Positions 22,971-34,053 are shown, counted from the stretch's first letter. The stretch: DNA of 64,000 nt from Spirochaetia bacterium (GCA_965203055.1 OZ241863.1:2368001-2432000); one strand, 5' to 3'. Program-made: numbers and translations. The notes: a model not told the origin generated them from the letters alone.

Positions 22971-23977
22971 GGCTGATTCCCCTCCGGCGCCGGCGGCTCG
23001 GGCCGCGGCGGCGGCGCGCCGGAGCGCGGATGAGCCGCGCGATGCACCTGCTGCAGGCGCGCCAGACTGGTATGGGTATACACCTGCGTGGTGGCGATGC
23101 TGGAATGCCCGAGCAGTTCCTGCACCACCCTGACGTTGGCGCCGCCGTCCAGCAGATGGGTGGCAAAGGAGTGCCGCAGGCTGTGGGGGGTCACCCGCTT
23201 GTCGATTCCGGCCGCGGCCGCCGCCGCGGTCACGATGGTACGCGCGCTGCGGTCGCCGAGCCGGCCGCCGCGGCGGTTGTGGAACAGCGCGTAGACCGCC
23301 ACCCGCGCGCTGTCGGCGAGCGTTGCGCCCCACTGCCGGAGCTGCGCCGCCCGCCGCGGGAGGAACTCCTGCAGCAGCGCGCGGCATTCGCTGCCGAAGA
23401 ACACTACCCGCTCCTTGCTGCCCTTGCCCATGACCCGCGCCCGGCCGCGCGCCGGCTCCACGTCGCCCACGTCGAGGCCCACCGCCTCCGAGACGCGGCA
23501 CCCGCTGCCGTACAGGAACTCCAGCAGCAGCCGGTCGCGCAGCGCCCAGAAATCGACGCCGGCCGCGCCGGCCGCGGCCGGGCCGGCGTCGGCCAGGAGT
23601 TGCTCCGCCTCGGCCGCGAACAGAAAGCTCGGCAACCGCTTCCCGCTCTTCAGACTGCGCTGCGCCTGCGCCGGGTTGCCCTCCGGCAGCGGCGCGGCGG
23701 CAGCCAGGTAGCGATAGTAGGCGCGCACCGCGGACAGCGCGCGGTTGACGCTGGCGGCGCTGCGCCCGGCGCGGGTCAGCTCGCCGACGAAGGCGCGCAC
23801 CTGGCGCGGCGCGGCCTGCTCCGGCGCCACCCCGGCCCGGCTCAGGTACGCCAGGTAGCGGTAGAGGTCGCCGCGGTAGGCGCGCACCGTCTGCGGCGAG
23901 TAGCCGCGCACCGCCTGCAGGTAGCGCAGCCAGGCATCGGCCTGGGGCTCCGGGCGCGCCTCGGTCACGGCCATCAC
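22967..23977 (-). CDS. xerC: Tyrosine recombinase XerC-like
   Basis: [44 protein letters not shown]. Confidence 0.85.
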   Translation of the reverse strand: MMAVTEARPEPQADAWLRYLQAVRGYSPQTVRAYRGDLYRYLAYLSRAGVAPEQAAPRQVRAFVGELTRAGRSAASVNRALSAVRAYYRYLAAAAPLPEGNPAQAQRSLKSGKRLPSFLFAAEAEQLLADAGPAAAGAAGVDFWALRDRLLLEFLYGSGCRVSEAVGLDVGDVEPARGRARVMGKGSKERVVFFGSECRALLQEFLPRRAAQLRQWGATLADSARVAVYALFHNRRGGRLGDRSARTIVTAAAAAAGIDKRVTPHSLRHSFATHLLDGGANVRVVQELLGHSSIATTQVYTHTSLARLQQVHRAAHPRSGAPPPRPEPPAPEGNQP

Positions 23978-25068
23978 CCGGCCCCGCCGGGGGCGCGGCG
24001 TGCCGCGGCCGGCTCACGCACCAACGCCACGGAGCCGTGATTCACCGCCACCCGGCGCGCCTGCTCCAGGGCGAACACCTGCGCCAGCCAAGCGCCCGCG
24101 GCGCGGTGGCGCGGCGGCGGGGCCGCGGCGCACGGCGCCGGCGCCTCCCCGGGCGTGTGTGCCAAGCCGATTTCATGCAGCAACTCCGCGGCCCCGGCGA
24201 CCGGCTGCGCGCCGCTCTCGGCCAGCCGCGCGCAGCCGGCGCCGCGCGGGCCGTGCAGCGCCGCCGCGGCGACCACTACCTCACGCCCCTCGTCGACCGC
24301 GCACCGCGCCGTGATCGAGGCGCCCGATCTGGCCGGCGCCTCCACTACCAGCACGCCGCGGCTGAGGCCGGCGATGATGCGGTTGCGCTGCGGGAAGTGG
24401 TGCGGGAACGGCGCGGCGCCGGGCGGGAACTCGCTCACCAGCCACCCACTGCGCAACACCTCCCGGGCCAGCGGAACGCTGCTGCCGGGATAGATGCGAT
24501 CGATGCCGCAGCCGAGCACGGCCACGGTCGCGCAGCCGGGCGCGCGCCAACCGGCAAGACTGCCGCGGTGCGCCGCCAAGTCGATGCCCCGCGCGAGCCC
24601 CGACACCACCGGGATCCCCTGCTGCGCCAGTTCGAAGCCAAAGTTGAATGCGGCACCTCGCCCCTCCCCCGTCGGTTGCCGCGTGCCCACCACCGCGACG
24701 GGCGCCGCCGCCGGCGGCAGCGGGCGCGCGCCGCGCCAGAACAGCACGCCGGGCGGATCGTGAATCTCCTTGAGGAGACGCGGATAGTCCGGCTGCCATA
24801 GAAAGGTGCATCCCAGGCGGCCGGCGGTCAAGTGAGACTGGTCGCCCCGGGCCTGCTCCAGCCATGCCGCGGGCGGCCGCAGCCGCCCGCGCTGCCCCAG
24901 CCGGCGCCCCACCAGCAGCGCGAGCTGCGCGGTGGAGTAACCCGCGAATTCCGCCAATCGGCAGCGCTCCAGGATCTGGCAGCGCTCCTTCGGCTTCAGA
25001 AACGACATGCGCGCCAGCCCCAGGGCGAGCAACTGGCGCGCATCGACATTCGGCTCCTCCCACGTCAC
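23974..25068 (-). CDS. dprA: DNA-processing protein DprA
   Basis: [46 protein letters not shown]. Confidence 0.95.
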   Translation of the reverse strand: MTWEEPNVDARQLLALGLARMSFLKPKERCQILERCRLAEFAGYSTAQLALLVGRRLGQRGRLRPPAAWLEQARGDQSHLTAGRLGCTFLWQPDYPRLLKEIHDPPGVLFWRGARPLPPAAAPVAVVGTRQPTGEGRGAAFNFGFELAQQGIPVVSGLARGIDLAAHRGSLAGWRAPGCATVAVLGCGIDRIYPGSSVPLAREVLRSGWLVSEFPPGAAPFPHHFPQRNRIIAGLSRGVLVVEAPARSGASITARCAVDEGREVVVAAAALHGPRGAGCARLAESGAQPVAGAAELLHEIGLAHTPGEAPAPCAAAPPPRHRAAGAWLAQVFALEQARRVAVNHGSVALVREPAAARRAPGGAG

Positions 25069-25101
25069 GGGTACCTTAACGGCGCGGCGCCCGGCGCGCT
25101 T

Positions 25102-26043
25102 TCATCCACGCGGATGGTAGCGGCGATGCTGCTGCCTCAGATCCTCCCGCTCGACGTGCGTGTAGATCTGGGTGGTGGTGATGTCGGAATGGCCGAGCAG
25201 TTCCTGCACCGAACGCAGGTCGGCGCCGCCGGACAGGAGATGAGTGGCGAAGGAGTGGCGCAGCGTGTGCACCTTGGCCTGCAGCCCGGCGGCCACGCTG
25301 ATGGCGTGGAACCGCTTCCAGATGCCCTTGCGCGACAGCCGCCCGCCGCGCTGATTGAGAAACACCGCGTCGGCGGCCGGGCGCCCGGTCGCGGCGCGCC
25401 GCCGCAGCCGCGGCCGCGCCTCGTCGAGGTAGCGCCGCAGCCACGCGACGGCCGGTTCGCCCAGCGGCACGATGCGTTCCCGCGCGCCCTTGCCCAGCAG
25501 GCGCACGCAGGCCTGCTCCAGGTAGAGGCGGGAACGGTCCAGCGCCACCGCTTCGCTGACCCGCAGCCCGCTGGAGTAGATCAGCTCGAACAGCGCCCGG
25601 TCGCGGATCCCGGCCGGCGCGGCGACGTCGATGGCGGCCAGAAACCGCTCCACCTCGGCCACCGAGAGCACCCGCGGGATGCGCCGCGCCGCCCGCGGCG
25701 GCGCTACCTCCGCGGCCGGGTTGGCCTGCTCCGGCGCGGCGCCGCGGGCGCCGCCGGCCGGCGGCGCCTCCGCCTCCACGAACCGGTACCAGGCGCGCAG
25801 GGCGCTGATCGCCTTCGCCAGGGTGGGGCTGCCGGCCCCCTCGGCCTGCCGCTCCATCAGGTAGCCTACCACCGCGCCGGGGGCGCCCGGGCGCTCCGGC
25901 GCGCGCCCGGAGGAGCGGTCATGCGCCAGAAACCGGAGAAACCGGCGCGCTTCCGCGGCGTAGGTATCGATGGTCAGCTCCGACAGCCCCTCCGCCGACC
26001 GCAGGAAGTCCGCGAACTGGAGCGTGAGCTGCTCAGCCTGCAA
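25102..26043 (-). CDS. xerD: Tyrosine recombinase XerD-like
   Basis: [50 protein letters not shown]. Confidence 0.88.
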   Translation of the reverse strand: MQAEQLTLQFADFLRSAEGLSELTIDTYAAEARRFLRFLAHDRSSGRAPERPGAPGAVVGYLMERQAEGAGSPTLAKAISALRAWYRFVEAEAPPAGGARGAAPEQANPAAEVAPPRAARRIPRVLSVAEVERFLAAIDVAAPAGIRDRALFELIYSSGLRVSEAVALDRSRLYLEQACVRLLGKGARERIVPLGEPAVAWLRRYLDEARPRLRRRAATGRPAADAVFLNQRGGRLSRKGIWKRFHAISVAAGLQAKVHTLRHSFATHLLSGGADLRSVQELLGHSDITTTQIYTHVEREDLRQQHRRYHPRG

Positions 26044-26049
26044 GCGTCA

Positions 26050-27222
26050 TCAGGAGGTGGCCGCCCGCCCGGAGCCGTCGCTCTGCTGGCGCCGGCGCAG
26101 CACGGTGGGCACGCTCAGATCCCCCATCTCGACCGCGGTCTCGCCGCTCTTCAGCAGGCTGGGACTCTTGCCAATCCCGCCATTGTTGAGCTTCACCCAC
26201 TCCTCGTAGGAGATGATCTGGTCGCCCTGATTCGTCTGCGTGCCGGTCCCGGCCGCCGGTTCCCGGTTGAACCCGGTGGCAATCACGGTGACCCGGACCT
26301 CGTCGTCGAGGGCGCGGTTGGTAGTGGTGCCGGAGATCACCAGGGCGTCGTGGGAGGCGCTGGCGGTAATGATGTTGAGCACTTCCTCATACTCGGTCAG
26401 GCCCAGCTCGTCGTTGCCGGTAACGTTGACCAGAATGCCCTGGGCGCCTTCGATGCGCGCCTCCTCCAGCAGCGGATTGTTGATGGCGTTGGTGGCGGCG
26501 TCGACGGCGCGGTTGTCGCCGGAGCCGACGCCGATCCCCATCAGCGCGTCGCCCTGCCCCTGCATGATGGTGCGCACGTCGGCGAAGTCGATGTTGATGT
26601 CGCCCGGCACGGTGATCAGGTCGGAAATACCCTGCACTCCCTGCCGCAATACGTCGTCGGCCAGCACGAACGCCTCCTTGATCGGCGTGCGGCGCTCCAC
26701 GATCTTCAGCAGATGCTGATTGGGAATGACGATCAGGGTATCGACCTCCTTGCGCAGGTTGTCGATCCCGGCTTCCGCCAGGCTCATCTTGCGGCGGCCT
26801 TCGAACTCGAACGGCTTGGTTACCACCGCCACGGTCAGGATGCCGTGCTCGCGCGCCGTGCGGGCAATCACCGGCGCCGCTCCGGTGCCGGTGCCGCCGC
26901 CCAGTCCGGCGGTGATGAACACCATGTCGGCGCCCTGCAGCGCCGCTTCCAGGGAGCCCTGGTCTTCCTCCGCCGCCTTCTGCCCCACCTCGGGCACGCC
27001 GCCGGCGCCCAGTCCCGCGGTCAGCTTGCTGCCGATCGGGATCTTGGTCTCGGCCTGGCACAGCTCCAACGCCTGCAGGTCGGTGTTGACCGCAATGAAG
27101 TGCACGTTGGACAGGCCCGACGTGATCATTCTGTTGGTGGCGTTATTGCCACCGCCTCCCACTCCGATCACCTTGATGTCGGTAAGGCTGGAAGGTATTT
27201 CTTCGTGTATTTCGAAGGTCAT
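26050..27222 (-). CDS. ftsZ: Cell division protein FtsZ
   Basis: [31 protein letters not shown], tail [10 protein letters not shown]. Confidence 0.99.
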   Translation of the reverse strand: MTFEIHEEIPSSLTDIKVIGVGGGGNNATNRMITSGLSNVHFIAVNTDLQALELCQAETKIPIGSKLTAGLGAGGVPEVGQKAAEEDQGSLEAALQGADMVFITAGLGGGTGTGAAPVIARTAREHGILTVAVVTKPFEFEGRRKMSLAEAGIDNLRKEVDTLIVIPNQHLLKIVERRTPIKEAFVLADDVLRQGVQGISDLITVPGDINIDFADVRTIMQGQGDALMGIGVGSGDNRAVDAATNAINNPLLEEARIEGAQGILVNVTGNDELGLTEYEEVLNIITASASHDALVISGTTTNRALDDEVRVTVIATGFNREPAAGTGTQTNQGDQIISYEEWVKLNNGGIGKSPSLLKSGETAVEMGDLSVPTVLRRRQQSDGSGRAATS

Positions 27223-27286
27223 GGTTCGCCTCTCATACGTTTCATCTAGCGATGCAGCCGCACGCCCTGCGCCCCGGCCGGCGCCC

Positions 27287-27358
27287 GGCTGCCCTCAGCC
27301 TGTTGGCTGCCCTCAGCCTGTTGGCTGCCCTAAGCCTGTTGGCTGTCCTCAGCCTGCT
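27287..27358. repeat. Four tandem 18-bp repeats, each a mini-hairpin
   Basis: ggctgccctcagcctgtt x4 (27287, 27305, 27323, 27341) with 0-2 substitutions; GGCTG/CAGCC stem. Confidence 0.95.
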
Positions 27359-27368
27359 ACCCGGTGTG

Positions 27369-28607
27369 TCAAAAGAACTCGCCAAACCACTTCCGCATCC
27401 GGACCCACACGCTGGTGAAGCCCCCCTCACTGGCGTTCATGTTGAGTTGCTCCACCCCCTGCCGCGAGGCGCCGTACTGCACCAGACCCACGCCGGTAGC
27501 GAAGATCGGGCTGTGGTACTCCGGCTCCAGTCCGCCGATGCGGGCGGGGTAGCCGATCCGGGCCGGCAGTTCGAACACCTCGCTGGCCAACTCCGCGGTG
27601 CCCGGCATCAGCGCGCCGCCGCCGGTCAGCACCACGCCGCCGCTCAGGCGGTCCAGGTACCCCGCGGCCTCGATCTGCGCCTTTACGCTGCTGAGCATCT
27701 CCGACATGCGGGGCTGGACGATCTCGGCCAGATCGCGGCGGGTAACGATGTACGGGGGGCGGCCGCCTACCCCGGAGATGATGGTCTCGGCGTCCGGATC
27801 ATCCAGCGCCGGCAGATAGCAGCAGGCGGCGTCGCGCTTGATCTGCTCCGCGGCCTCGGTCGGCGTGCGCAACATGATCGAGAGATCGCTGGTCACGTGG
27901 TCGCCGCCGAGCGCCAGCACCTCGGTGTGATGGGGCACTCCCTCGTGGTAGACCAGCACGTCGGTGGTGCCGCCGCCGAGATCCACCAGCAGTACGCCCA
28001 ACTCCTTCTCGTCGTCGGTCAGCACCGAGCGCGCCGCGGCGATCGGCTCCAGCACGATGTCGTTGACCTTGAAACCGGAGCGATTGACGCAGCGGATGAT
28101 GTTCTGGGCGGACGACACGGCGCCGGTGACGATGTGCACCTCGGCCTCCAGGCGGACGCCGATCATCCCCTGCGGGCTGCGGATCCCCCCCTGGCCGTCG
28201 ACGATGTATTCCTGCGGAATGACGTGCAGTACCTCGCGGTCCATCGGAATGACGATGGCGCGGGCGGCATCGATGACGCGATCGATGTCGTCCTTCTCTA
28301 TCTCCCGCTTCTTGCCGGTAACGGCGACGACGCCGCGCGAGTTGACCCCCTCGATGTGGCCGCCGGCGATGCCGGCGTACACGTTCTGCACCTCGCGCCC
28401 GGCCATCACCTCCGCCTCGTCCATCGCCGAGGCGATCGCCTTGACCGTGGCGTCGACGTTGATCACCACGCCGCGCCGCAAGCCGCGCGACGGGGTAAGG
28501 CCGACGCCGGTGATCTCCACGCTGCCCTGCGCCCCGACTTGACCGATGATCACGCACACCTTGGTGGTTCCGATGTCGAGCCCTACGATCATGTCTTCAT
28601 TCGCCAT
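27369..28607 (-). CDS. ftsA: Cell division protein FtsA
   Basis: VGLDIGTTKV, VDLGGGTTD, GGDHVTSD, GVVLTGGG, amphipathic tail. Confidence 0.98.
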   Translation of the reverse strand: MANEDMIVGLDIGTTKVCVIIGQVGAQGSVEITGVGLTPSRGLRRGVVINVDATVKAIASAMDEAEVMAGREVQNVYAGIAGGHIEGVNSRGVVAVTGKKREIEKDDIDRVIDAARAIVIPMDREVLHVIPQEYIVDGQGGIRSPQGMIGVRLEAEVHIVTGAVSSAQNIIRCVNRSGFKVNDIVLEPIAAARSVLTDDEKELGVLLVDLGGGTTDVLVYHEGVPHHTEVLALGGDHVTSDLSIMLRTPTEAAEQIKRDAACCYLPALDDPDAETIISGVGGRPPYIVTRRDLAEIVQPRMSEMLSSVKAQIEAAGYLDRLSGGVVLTGGGALMPGTAELASEVFELPARIGYPARIGGLEPEYHSPIFATGVGLVQYGASRQGVEQLNMNASEGGFTSVWVRMRKWFGEFF

Positions 28608-29523
28608 GAGCAGCTCCCGGTGGTCCGGTAATCGCAACCGGCGCGCGGCTGCGCAGATCCAGCTCGCCGACGGCGGGCGGCGCCCGCGGCGCGGCGCCTG
28701 CCCGCAGCAGGTCCAGCAGCACGAACGCCTCCGCCAGTTGCTCCGCGCTCAGGCGTTGCCCGAAGCGCAGCACCGTCTCGAACCCCAGCGGATAGAGCAG
28801 CGTGTCGAAGCCGGCCTGCAATCCCTCCGGCGACAGCGGTTCGGCCGCGGCCGATGCCCCGATCGGCACCAGCCGTACCTCGGAGACCAGCGCCGCGAGC
28901 ACCGGGTCGGCGGCCTGCAGCGCCTGCAGCTCCGCCAGCACCCGGCGCACCGCGCCCGGCAGGCGGCGGCCCGGCCGCACCACTTCCGGCGCGAGGCCGG
29001 TGAGCACCGGCACGTCCGCCGCGGCCGCGCTTCCCAACGGCGCGGCGCCGTCCAGGAACACCAGACCGCCGGCGTCCACCAGCGCGGCGCTCACGCTGCC
29101 GCCCGGCAGCGAGGTCAGGGCCACCGCCGCCGGCTGGCGGGCGGTAAGGGTAATCCGCAGGGTGTCGGGGAAGTTCGGGGCCACGCTGGCGGCGCTCACC
29201 AGCGGGTGCCCCTCCAGCCGCGCGGCAATCGCCGCCGCGTCGATGGAGAAGAACTGCTCGTTGCCGGTCAGGCCGGCCAGCGCCAGCACCTCGGCGTCGC
29301 TGAGCGCCAGGTCGGTGGTCACGGCTACCGTGGCCAGGCGCATGCGCGGCATCAGCAGTAGCAGGAACACCAGTTCCAGCACCACCATCAACAGCAGGGT
29401 GGCGATCATCAGGTGCAGTACCCGGCGCAGCCGGCCGCGGCGCTTGCGCCCCGGCGCGCTCGGCGCGTCCTCCCGTACCCGGCCGCCTCCGGGCAGCACG
29501 GCTTGACCGGCGAGGCTGCTCAC
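28597..29523 (-). CDS. ftsQ: Cell division protein FtsQ/DivIB
   Basis: Single TM, POTRA-like (LEGHPLVSAASVAPNFPDTLRI), ELDLRS end; GTG overlaps ftsW stop. Confidence 0.85.
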   Translation of the reverse strand: MSSLAGQAVLPGGGRVREDAPSAPGRKRRGRLRRVLHLMIATLLLMVVLELVFLLLLMPRMRLATVAVTTDLALSDAEVLALAGLTGNEQFFSIDAAAIAARLEGHPLVSAASVAPNFPDTLRITLTARQPAAVALTSLPGGSVSAALVDAGGLVFLDGAAPLGSAAAADVPVLTGLAPEVVRPGRRLPGAVRRVLAELQALQAADPVLAALVSEVRLVPIGASAAAEPLSPEGLQAGFDTLLYPLGFETVLRFGQRLSAEQLAEAFVLLDLLRAGAAPRAPPAVGELDLRSRAPVAITGPPGAAHGE

Positions 29524-30872
29524 AGGCGCCGGTCTCCACCGGCGGGCGCCGGCCGCGGCGCCCCGTCCGGCGCCGTAGCGGCCGGTCTCCGCCGCGACAG
29601 CCCGAGCAGCAGCCCGCACATGGCGAAGGTGGTCAACAGCGCCGAGCCGCCCGACGAGAAGAAGGGCAGCGGCAAGCCCGTTGCCGGCACCAGGCTGGAG
29701 ACCACCGCCAGGTTGAGGAACGCCTGACCGACGATGCTGGTGGTCAGGCCGAAGGCCAGAAACCGCGCGAAGCGGTCCGGATGATGGCGCACGATCAGGT
29801 AGCCGCGCCATGCCAGGATGGCGAACAGTCCCAGGATCATGACGACGCCCACCAGCCCCAGCTCCTCGCCGGCGACGGCGAAGATGAAGTCGGAGTGCGC
29901 TTCCGGCAGGGGCCCCAGCTTCATGCGGCCGCGCCCGATGCCGGTGCCCCAGATGCCGCCGCGCGCCAGCGCGTCGCGCGCCGCGAGCACCTGATAGCCG
30001 CTGCCGGCCGGGTCGGAGGTAGGCTCCAGGAACGCGATCAGGCGCAGTACGCGGTGTTCCTTGGAGAGCACCGCCATCAACGCCAGCGGCGTACCGACCA
30101 CGGTCAAGGCGGCGAACAGCCCCAGCCGCACCCCGGCCAGCCACAGCATCGCCATCGCCAGGAACACCAGATAGATCGGCGTCGAGAAGTCGTTCTGGAG
30201 GTACACCAGCGACGCGAACAGCGCCACGATGAGCATCGGCGGCAGGATGATGCGCAGGGTCTGGCCGTAGGGTCCGCGCAGCGGCGCGCTGCCGGGCCGC
30301 TGGTCGCCCTTGCGGTCCAGGATGTGAGCCAGGTACAGCACCAGCGCCAGCTTGACCAGCTCCGACGGCTCGAACGACATGCCGGCCACCACGATCCAGC
30401 GCTGCGCGCCCAGCGCCCGGAGTCCGACGCCCGGCACGAACGTCAGGATCACCAGCGGCAGGCTCACCGCCAGCAGCAGCGGTATCGCCTGGCGCACGCG
30501 CTGCAGCCTGACGGCGGCCGCGACCGCGGCGGTAACCATCCCCAGGGCGACCCACAACACCTGGCGGCGGAAGAAGCGCAGCGGATCGTCGAACACCCGG
30601 TCGCCGTAGAAGTAGGAAGCCGACAGCAACACCGCCAGACCGCTGCCGGTAAGGATGATCAGCGTCGCGATCAGCACCGTGTCGGCCGGCAGCGCGGCGC
30701 CGCCCGGCACGGCGTTGCCCAGGCCGAAGCGGGCCGCGGCCGCGCCCAGCAGGCGGCGCGCCGGGGCCGGCCCGCCGCTCAGCCGGGCGGGCTGCGCGGG
30801 CGGCACCGCGGTCAACCGCAACATCGGGCGCGCCCGGCTGCCGCCGACCTGCGCCTGCCACTGCTCAGCCAT
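29520..30872 (-). CDS. ftsW: SEDS glycosyltransferase FtsW
   Basis: GAQRWI, FEPSELVK, QNDFST, LPEAHSDFIFAVAGEELG, PATGLPLPFFSSGGS. Confidence 0.95.
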   Translation of the reverse strand: MAEQWQAQVGGSRARPMLRLTAVPPAQPARLSGGPAPARRLLGAAAARFGLGNAVPGGAALPADTVLIATLIILTGSGLAVLLSASYFYGDRVFDDPLRFFRRQVLWVALGMVTAAVAAAVRLQRVRQAIPLLLAVSLPLVILTFVPGVGLRALGAQRWIVVAGMSFEPSELVKLALVLYLAHILDRKGDQRPGSAPLRGPYGQTLRIILPPMLIVALFASLVYLQNDFSTPIYLVFLAMAMLWLAGVRLGLFAALTVVGTPLALMAVLSKEHRVLRLIAFLEPTSDPAGSGYQVLAARDALARGGIWGTGIGRGRMKLGPLPEAHSDFIFAVAGEELGLVGVVMILGLFAILAWRGYLIVRHHPDRFARFLAFGLTTSIVGQAFLNLAVVSSLVPATGLPLPFFSSGGSALLTTFAMCGLLLGLSRRRPAATAPDGAPRPAPAGGDRRL

Positions 30873-30893
30873 CAGCCGCTGCCTCCACTTGCC

Positions 30894-32300
30894 TCAGGCC
30901 GCCGCCTGCAGCGGCGCCACCAGCCGCTCCAGGGCTACGCCGCGCGAGCCCTTGAGCAACACCGTGTCGCCGCGCCGCACGGAGTCGAGGACCGCGGCCT
31001 CCAACTCCTCGTAGCGCGTGGTCCACAGCACCGGGCGGCCGTAGCCGGCGGCCGCCAGCGCCTCCGCGGTGGCCGCGGTTTCAGCGCCGAACAGAAACAC
31101 CGCGGCCGGTTCGGCGGCGGCGATCAGGTCCCCCAGCGCCGCATGCGCGCGCGCCGCGGCGGCGCCCAATTCGAGCATGCTGCCGAGCACCAGAAGAATC
31201 CGCCCGCCGCCGGGCAGCTCGGCGGCGAAGCGCATGGCCGCCGCCATCGACTCCGGGTTGGCGTTGTAGGCGTCGTTGACGATGGTGCAGCGGCCGTGAA
31301 TCACCTGCGATCGCCCGGCCACCGGGCGCACTGCCTCGAGGCCGCGGCGAATCGCTGCCGCGCAAACTCCAATGGTCGTCGCCACCGTGATTGCGGCCAG
31401 CACGTTGGCGACGTTGTGAGTGCCAAACAGAGGGAAGTGAATCTGGAGCCCCTCCCAGTTGATGAGCGAGCCATCCAGCCCCAGAGATTCACTTCCCTCA
31501 TATCCTTGCGTAGTAGTGGGTCCGAACGGGACCAGCGTGACGCCGGCCGGCAGCGGCAAGCGGTCCGCCGCCAGGAGTTGCTCCCCCTCCGGAACGAAAG
31601 CGCAGCCGCCGGGCTGCAGATAGTGGAACAGCCGGCTCTTCTCGGCCGCGATCCGGCCGCGCGAGCGCAGCGCCGCCAGATGGGCGCTGCCGATGCCGGT
31701 AATCAGGGCGTGGTGGGGAAGCGCCAGCTTGCCCAGCAGGTCCATCTCCCCGCAGCGGTCGATGCCCAGCTCCAGCACCGCCAGCCGGTGGTGCGGTTCG
31801 AGGCCCATGATCGCCAGCGGCAAGCCGATGTCGGAGTTGTAGTTGCGCTCCGTCTCGTAGGTTGCGGCGTGCTGCGCCAGGATCGAGCCGAGGAGGCGGC
31901 GGGTGGTGGTCTTGCCGTTGGAGCCGGTCACGGCAATGCGCACGGCGGAGTGGCGCGCGCGGTGCTCGGCGGCAACTCGATGCAACGCCAGCAACGGATC
32001 GTCGGCCACCAGCAGCGCCGCCCCGCGGCGGCGCGCCGCGGCCTCCAACTCGGCCGCGCGGCGCTGCCATTGCGCGGCCGCGATCAGCGCCGCGGCGGCG
32101 CCGGCGGCAAGCGCGGCGGCCACGAAGTCGTGTCCGTCGACGCGGGCCCCGGGCAGAGCCACGAACAACGCGTGCGGGCGCGCGCAGCGGGAGTCCACCG
32201 CCACCTGCCGGATCGGCTGCGCCGGCGCGGCGCGCGCCGCGCTGCGGTTCATCAGCCGGGCGCCGGCTACCCGGGCCAGCTCGGCGACGGTGAAGGTCAT
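30894..32300 (-). CDS. murF: UDP-MurNAc-tripeptide D-Ala-D-Ala ligase
   Basis: DSR, DGHDF, AVTGSNGKTT, NYNSDIGLP, NDAYNANPESM, LLKGSRG. Confidence 0.96.
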   Translation of the reverse strand: MTFTVAELARVAGARLMNRSAARAAPAQPIRQVAVDSRCARPHALFVALPGARVDGHDFVAAALAAGAAAALIAAAQWQRRAAELEAAARRRGAALLVADDPLLALHRVAAEHRARHSAVRIAVTGSNGKTTTRRLLGSILAQHAATYETERNYNSDIGLPLAIMGLEPHHRLAVLELGIDRCGEMDLLGKLALPHHALITGIGSAHLAALRSRGRIAAEKSRLFHYLQPGGCAFVPEGEQLLAADRLPLPAGVTLVPFGPTTTQGYEGSESLGLDGSLINWEGLQIHFPLFGTHNVANVLAAITVATTIGVCAAAIRRGLEAVRPVAGRSQVIHGRCTIVNDAYNANPESMAAAMRFAAELPGGGRILLVLGSMLELGAAAARAHAALGDLIAAAEPAAVFLFGAETAATAEALAAAGYGRPVLWTTRYEELEAAVLDSVRRGDTVLLKGSRGVALERLVAPLQAAA

Positions 32301-32656
32301 CGGCTGCCGCCGCCGCCCGGCGATGGTTCCGGCAGGGGTTCCGGCACCGGTTCCGGCAGTGCGAACTGAACCGTCAGCCGGTGGCCGGAATCGATCCGCC
32401 GCAGGCCGAGGTCGGCGGCCGCGGCCTTGATCCGGCGCGGCGAACGCAGCGCCACGATCGCGTCCATGGCCTGCTTGTTGCGCTCATGCCAGCGGCGCTG
32501 TTCCTGCTCCAGCGTGTCCACCGCGTGCAGCAGGCGTTCATAGCGGTAGCCCTGCCAGGCGCCCAGGATCAACGCCGCGCCGAGCAGCGCCGCGGTCAGG
32601 AACAGCAGCATCCGCCGCGCGGGCGTATCGACGTGAGCGGCAGAGACGCTAGCCAT
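32297..32656 (-). CDS. ftsL: Cell division protein FtsL-like
   Basis: TM + coiled coil + LRSPRRI...LGL; directly after rsmH. Confidence 0.8.
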   Translation of the reverse strand: MASVSAAHVDTPARRMLLFLTAALLGAALILGAWQGYRYERLLHAVDTLEQEQRRWHERNKQAMDAIVALRSPRRIKAAAADLGLRRIDSGHRLTVQFALPEPVPEPLPEPSPGGGGSR

Positions 32657-33575
32657 GGCCGCCAACCTTGCGGGCTACTCGCAGCCGCGCGCTGCGCGCC
32701 CGCGGATTGCGCGCCAACTCCTGCGGCGCAGGCCGGATCGGGCGCCGCGTGAGCACCTCGAGCGCAGCCGCTCCGGGCTCTGCCGCGTCGCCGCCGGCGG
32801 CGGCGCGCAGGCGTTGCTTGACGATCCGGTCTTCCAGCGAGTGGAACGCAATGACGCCGAGGCGCCCGCCGGCCGCGAGCCGCCGGATGGCGAGCGCAAG
32901 GCCCTGTTCCAGACGTTGCAACTCATCGTTCACCGCGATGCGCAGGGCCTGGAACGCGCGCGTGGCAGGATGGAGGCGGGCGTGCCGCTGCGCCCGAGGA
33001 TAGACGCGCCACACCACCTGCTCCAACTCGTCGCAGGTGCGGAAGGGACGCTCGGCGCGGCGCCGGGCGACGGCGCGCGCCAGTCGGCGGGCGTGGCGCT
33101 CCTCCCCATAGCGATGGAACAGATCCGCCAACACCGACTCCGGCTCCTCATTCAGAATATCGGCCGCGGTGCGCGCCAACTGTTCGGTAAGGCGCATGTC
33201 CAGCGGTTCGGCGCCGCGGAACGAAAAGCCGCGCCCGCTGCCGGAGAAGTGGTAGCTGGCCAGGCCCAGGTCGAGCAGCACCAGTTGGGCGCAGCCATGG
33301 CGGCGCGCCAGCACGTCCGCGAACCAGCCGTGCTCGAACTGCACGCGGGCGCCGAAGCGGCCGAGGTTGCGGCGCGCCCGCTCCAGCATGCGTTCGTCGG
33401 CGTCCACCGCCAGCAGGGCAAGCGACGGATAGCGGTCCAGAAACCGCTCCGCGTGCCCGCCGTCGCCGACCGTACCGTCGACCATCAGGCCGCCCGCCGG
33501 CGGAGCCGCCAGCCATTGCAGACACTCCTGCGCCAGCACCGGCTCATGTCGCGCTGCCTCCATCCGCACCGTCAC
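32649..33575 (-). CDS. rsmH: 16S rRNA m4C1402 methyltransferase
   Basis: HEPVL, DGTVGDGGH, RGFSF, PLDMR, FQALRIAVNDEL, FHSLEDR, NPRARSARLR. Confidence 0.97.
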   Translation of the reverse strand: MTVRMEAARHEPVLAQECLQWLAAPPAGGLMVDGTVGDGGHAERFLDRYPSLALLAVDADERMLERARRNLGRFGARVQFEHGWFADVLARRHGCAQLVLLDLGLASYHFSGSGRGFSFRGAEPLDMRLTEQLARTAADILNEEPESVLADLFHRYGEERHARRLARAVARRRAERPFRTCDELEQVVWRVYPRAQRHARLHPATRAFQALRIAVNDELQRLEQGLALAIRRLAAGGRLGVIAFHSLEDRIVKQRLRAAAGGDAAEPGAAALEVLTRRPIRPAPQELARNPRARSARLRVARKVGGHG

Positions 33576-33582
33576 GCCGCGC

Positions 33583-34026
33583 TCAGAGAATCATCTCGCC
33601 CAGGGTTGCCTCCATGGCTTCCTGGTAGTAGCCGCCGTCGGTTTGCTGCAGGTAGGTCTCGTAGGCGGCCATGTCCCAGAGCTCCATGTGCTTTCCCACC
33701 CCCAACATGATGCACTCCTTGCGCAGGCCGCCGGCCTGACGCAACGGCTGCGGAATCGCGATCCGCCCGGTGCGGTCGATCTCCAGTTCCTGCGCCGGCG
33801 CCACGAGGCGCCGCAGGACCACCCGCCCTTGGGGTTGGAACGGCGATATGGTGGCTTGCAGCCGTTCCCTGATCTGCTTCCATTCCTCGGCGGGAAACAG
33901 CCATAGACAATCGTCCGCGCCGCGCGTCAATGTGACGTTGCTGCCGTCCAGCATGGCGCGCACCTTGGCCGGCACCATCAGGCGCCCTTTGTCATCAAGG
34001 TTCGGGTGGTACTCGCCGTACAACAT
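33583..34026 (-). CDS. mraZ: Transcriptional regulator MraZ
   Basis: MLYGEYHPNLDDKGRLMVP, IDRTGRIAIP, MELWD. Confidence 0.96.
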   Translation of the reverse strand: MLYGEYHPNLDDKGRLMVPAKVRAMLDGSNVTLTRGADDCLWLFPAEEWKQIRERLQATISPFQPQGRVVLRRLVAPAQELEIDRTGRIAIPQPLRQAGGLRKECIMLGVGKHMELWDMAAYETYLQQTDGGYYQEAMEATLGEMIL

Positions 34027-34053
34027 CTTCGTTCTTGCCGCCTGGGCTGCTGG

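Noticed and set aside
22967..26043. Tyrosine recombinases as prophage/ICE integrases
   Set aside because: They sit in the conserved ftsZ-xerD-dprA-xerC-hslVU context with no mobile cargo.
27287..27358. Possible CRISPR array
   Set aside because: Repeats are contiguous with no spacers; no cas genes.
30872..30894. mraY/murD/ftsI missing from the dcw cluster
   Set aside because: murF directly followed by ftsW also occurs in Treponema; not unusual.
24832..32369. Very long opposite-strand ORFs (e.g. 24832-27249, 29781-32369; also 68-1999, 44465-46465, 54288-56168)
   Set aside because: Shadows of real genes caused by high GC; no recognisable motifs.
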